Assembly: GCA_049667765.1 (NCBI GenBank)
Contig: JBATIN010000055.1
Location: 1 to 28,828, forward strand
DNA length: 28,828 nucleotides
From: Flavobacteriaceae bacterium
Lineage (GTDB): Bacteria > Bacteroidota > Bacteroidia > Flavobacteriales > Flavobacteriaceae
Reading direction: 5' to 3'
Every line of letters starts with the position of its first letter. Positions within the stretch are counted from its first letter, which is position 1. Below, piece by piece: positions 27,220 to 28,828 of the stretch. A program made the translations under genes and the position numbers. The notes beneath the pieces were generated by a model. It was not told the DNA's origin. It saw only the letters and a program-made list of their open reading frames with translations, and did no database searches.

Positions 27220-28431
27220 ATGACCCAAACCAAAGAAAAGTTCCAAAATACAAATACAAAAAGGTTAATTGGACAAATTGAAGGAAAGAGAAAAGGCCCT
27301 ACCGTAATTTTTTTCGGCGGGATTCATGGAAATGAAATGGCAGGTGTCAAAGCTTTAGAACTTGTTTTTGAAGAATTGCGCAAGCCTACCTTTGAGATGT
27401 ACGGAGCAATTTTCGGAATTCGGGGAAATATTCCTGCGCAGTTAAAAAATAGACGCTTTTTAGATCAAGACCTGAACCGACTTTGGACTACTACACAAAT
27501 AGCCAAAATAATGGCCAAGCCTAAATTAGAACTTAGCTCAGAGGAAAATGAGCTTTCAGAAATTTATGAATTGCTCTTAGAGCTGCTCGAAACAAAGTCG
27601 CCACCGTTTTACTTTATCGATTTTCATACTACCTCGAGTAAGAGCCTTCCTTTTATAACCATAAATGACGCAATGATCAACAGAAAGTTTTCAAGGCTTT
27701 TTCCGGTACCGACCATTCTAGGCATCGAAGAATATCTTGAAGGCCCTTTGTTGAGCCATATGAACGAAAAAGGCTATGTTGCGTTAGGGTTTGAGTCTGG
27801 TCAACATGTTGAACGGCAGGCCGTAACGAACAGTATTGCTTTTACATGGTTATGCCTAGTCTTTGCGGGATTTATCGAGAAAAAGGATGTGTTAGATTAT
27901 TATACCTATTATCAACAGCTGTTAACCGCTGCGGAAGGCAATGTGCATTTCTATGAAGTTATTTATAGACAACCCTTGCTGGCCCTTGATGATTTTAAAA
28001 TGAATCAGGGGTTCCAAAATTTTCAGGAAATTGAAAAAGGCACCTTGCTTGCCGTTTTGAACGATCAAACTATAAAAGCAGAAAAAAACACTATCCTTTT
28101 CATGCCTTTGTATCAAGAACAAGGTGAAGAAGGGTTTTTCTTAATTCGCCGTACGCCAAAATCGGCCCTGTGGCTATCGGCATTTTTACGAAAAATCAAA
28201 TTTGATTCGTTTTTAGTTTTACTCCCTGGTATTTCATGGAGCAATGATAAAAAAGAAAGCCTTTTGGTCAATGTTTCTGTCGCCCGTTATTACGCTAAAT
28301 CAATTTTTCACCTTTTGGGCTACCGTAACCGATCGGTCGATAAAAACGCAATTCTCATGCAAAATCGAGAACGGACCGCAAAAACGAAGATGTACAAAAG
28401 GGAACGCTGGTATAAAAACGAATTGCCATAA
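27220..28431 (+). CDS. Succinylglutamate desuccinylase/aspartoacylase family (M14-like) Zn hydrolase
   Basis: GGIHGNE, DLNR, DFHTTS, FESGQH; starts 3 nt after the upstream stop. Confidence 0.88.
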   Translation: MTQTKEKFQNTNTKRLIGQIEGKRKGPTVIFFGGIHGNEMAGVKALELVFEELRKPTFEMYGAIFGIRGNIPAQLKNRRFLDQDLNRLWTTTQIAKIMAKPKLELSSEENELSEIYELLLELLETKSPPFYFIDFHTTSSKSLPFITINDAMINRKFSRLFPVPTILGIEEYLEGPLLSHMNEKGYVALGFESGQHVERQAVTNSIAFTWLCLVFAGFIEKKDVLDYYTYYQQLLTAAEGNVHFYEVIYRQPLLALDDFKMNQGFQNFQEIEKGTLLAVLNDQTIKAEKNTILFMPLYQEQGEEGFFLIRRTPKSALWLSAFLRKIKFDSFLVLLPGISWSNDKKESLLVNVSVARYYAKSIFHLLGYRNRSVDKNAILMQNRERTAKTKMYKRERWYKNELP

Positions 28432-28458
28432 CAATGTCTGAACACTGTGATGGCAATT
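28421..28458. terminator. Inverted repeat between convergent genes, likely terminator
   Basis: AATTGCCATAACA (28421-28433) / TGTGATGGCAATT (28446-28458), 12 of 13 paired. Confidence 0.5.
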
Positions 28459-28479
28459 GGTCAACTGAGCAAAAAAGAA

Positions 28480-28828
28480 CTAATTTTTTGGTTGCCACGT
28501 ATTGTTTTCGGCATGTACGTCTGCCATTAAAAAAGAAGGGTCGATCTGTATACCTTTAATATCGCTTAAAGGCCTGTCAATGGTAAATTCATAGGTAGGA
28601 TAAGCCCAAGGCCAATCTTCTAAAACACTTCTTTTTATGGCTGGATATGGATTCTCCTTTTCACCGCGCATCATTCGCAATGGCGCATAGAATGTTTCGG
28701 AACTGCCATCATTATAGATTACGAGAATATCCAAAGGCATGGGCATTAGCCCGATTCTCGCTAAAGATACTATGGTTTTGGCACCTTCTTCAAATACATC
28801 TTTTATAGCGTAATCAATGGTATTCGTA
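28480..28828 (-). CDS. C-terminus of an M1 family metallopeptidase (5' part outside the window)
   Basis: Frame is open to the window edge: TNTIDYAIKDV...LARIGLMPMPLD...WPWAYPTY...IDPS..MADV..ENN, resembling Bacteroidota M1 C-termini; catalytic motifs are not visible. Confidence 0.7.
   Translation of the reverse strand, partial: TNTIDYAIKDVFEEGAKTIVSLARIGLMPMPLDILVIYNDGSSETFYAPLRMMRGEKENPYPAIKRSVLEDWPWAYPTYEFTIDRPLSDIKGIQIDPSFLMADVHAENNTWQPKN

Noticed and set aside
1344..28441. Remaining 60-133 aa ORFs nested in or antisense to the long genes
   Set aside because: They overlap well-supported CDSs and show no recognisable motifs.

Overview
AT-rich chromosomal window; gene content and TAnnTTTG-type promoters point to a Bacteroidota (Flavobacteriaceae-like) genome. 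Left core block: LysE, head-GIN protein, rnr, a 615-bp AT-rich divergent spacer full of TTATnAACA-type 9-mers (oriC candidate), rpiB, czcD, elaA. A ~17-kb accessory-looking stretch follows: a small nuclease-fold protein, a GH5 lipoprotein with an inserted, apparently permuted CBM, an M.Sau3AI-like C5 methyltransferase coupled to an unrelated 205-aa PD-(D/E)xK protein, NlpC/P60, an oxidoreductase, a sulfatase, a PhyH/S10/PqqB-like/PQQ-cytochrome c operon, an HGSNAT-like protein and a lactonase/SDR/VOC operon. Right block: ctpA-rnpA, a GCS2-like ligase-CBS fusion plus an AstE/AspA hydrolase behind a Crp/Fnr-like box, and the 3' end of an M1 peptidase. Best leads: the ligase-CBS/deacylase pair, the methyltransferase/nuclease pair, the oriC candidate, and a 20-bp palindrome found as two pairs with ~125-bp spacing. 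No tRNA, rRNA, CRISPR array, integrase or transposase was seen. All family calls come from motif recognition by eye, not database searches.
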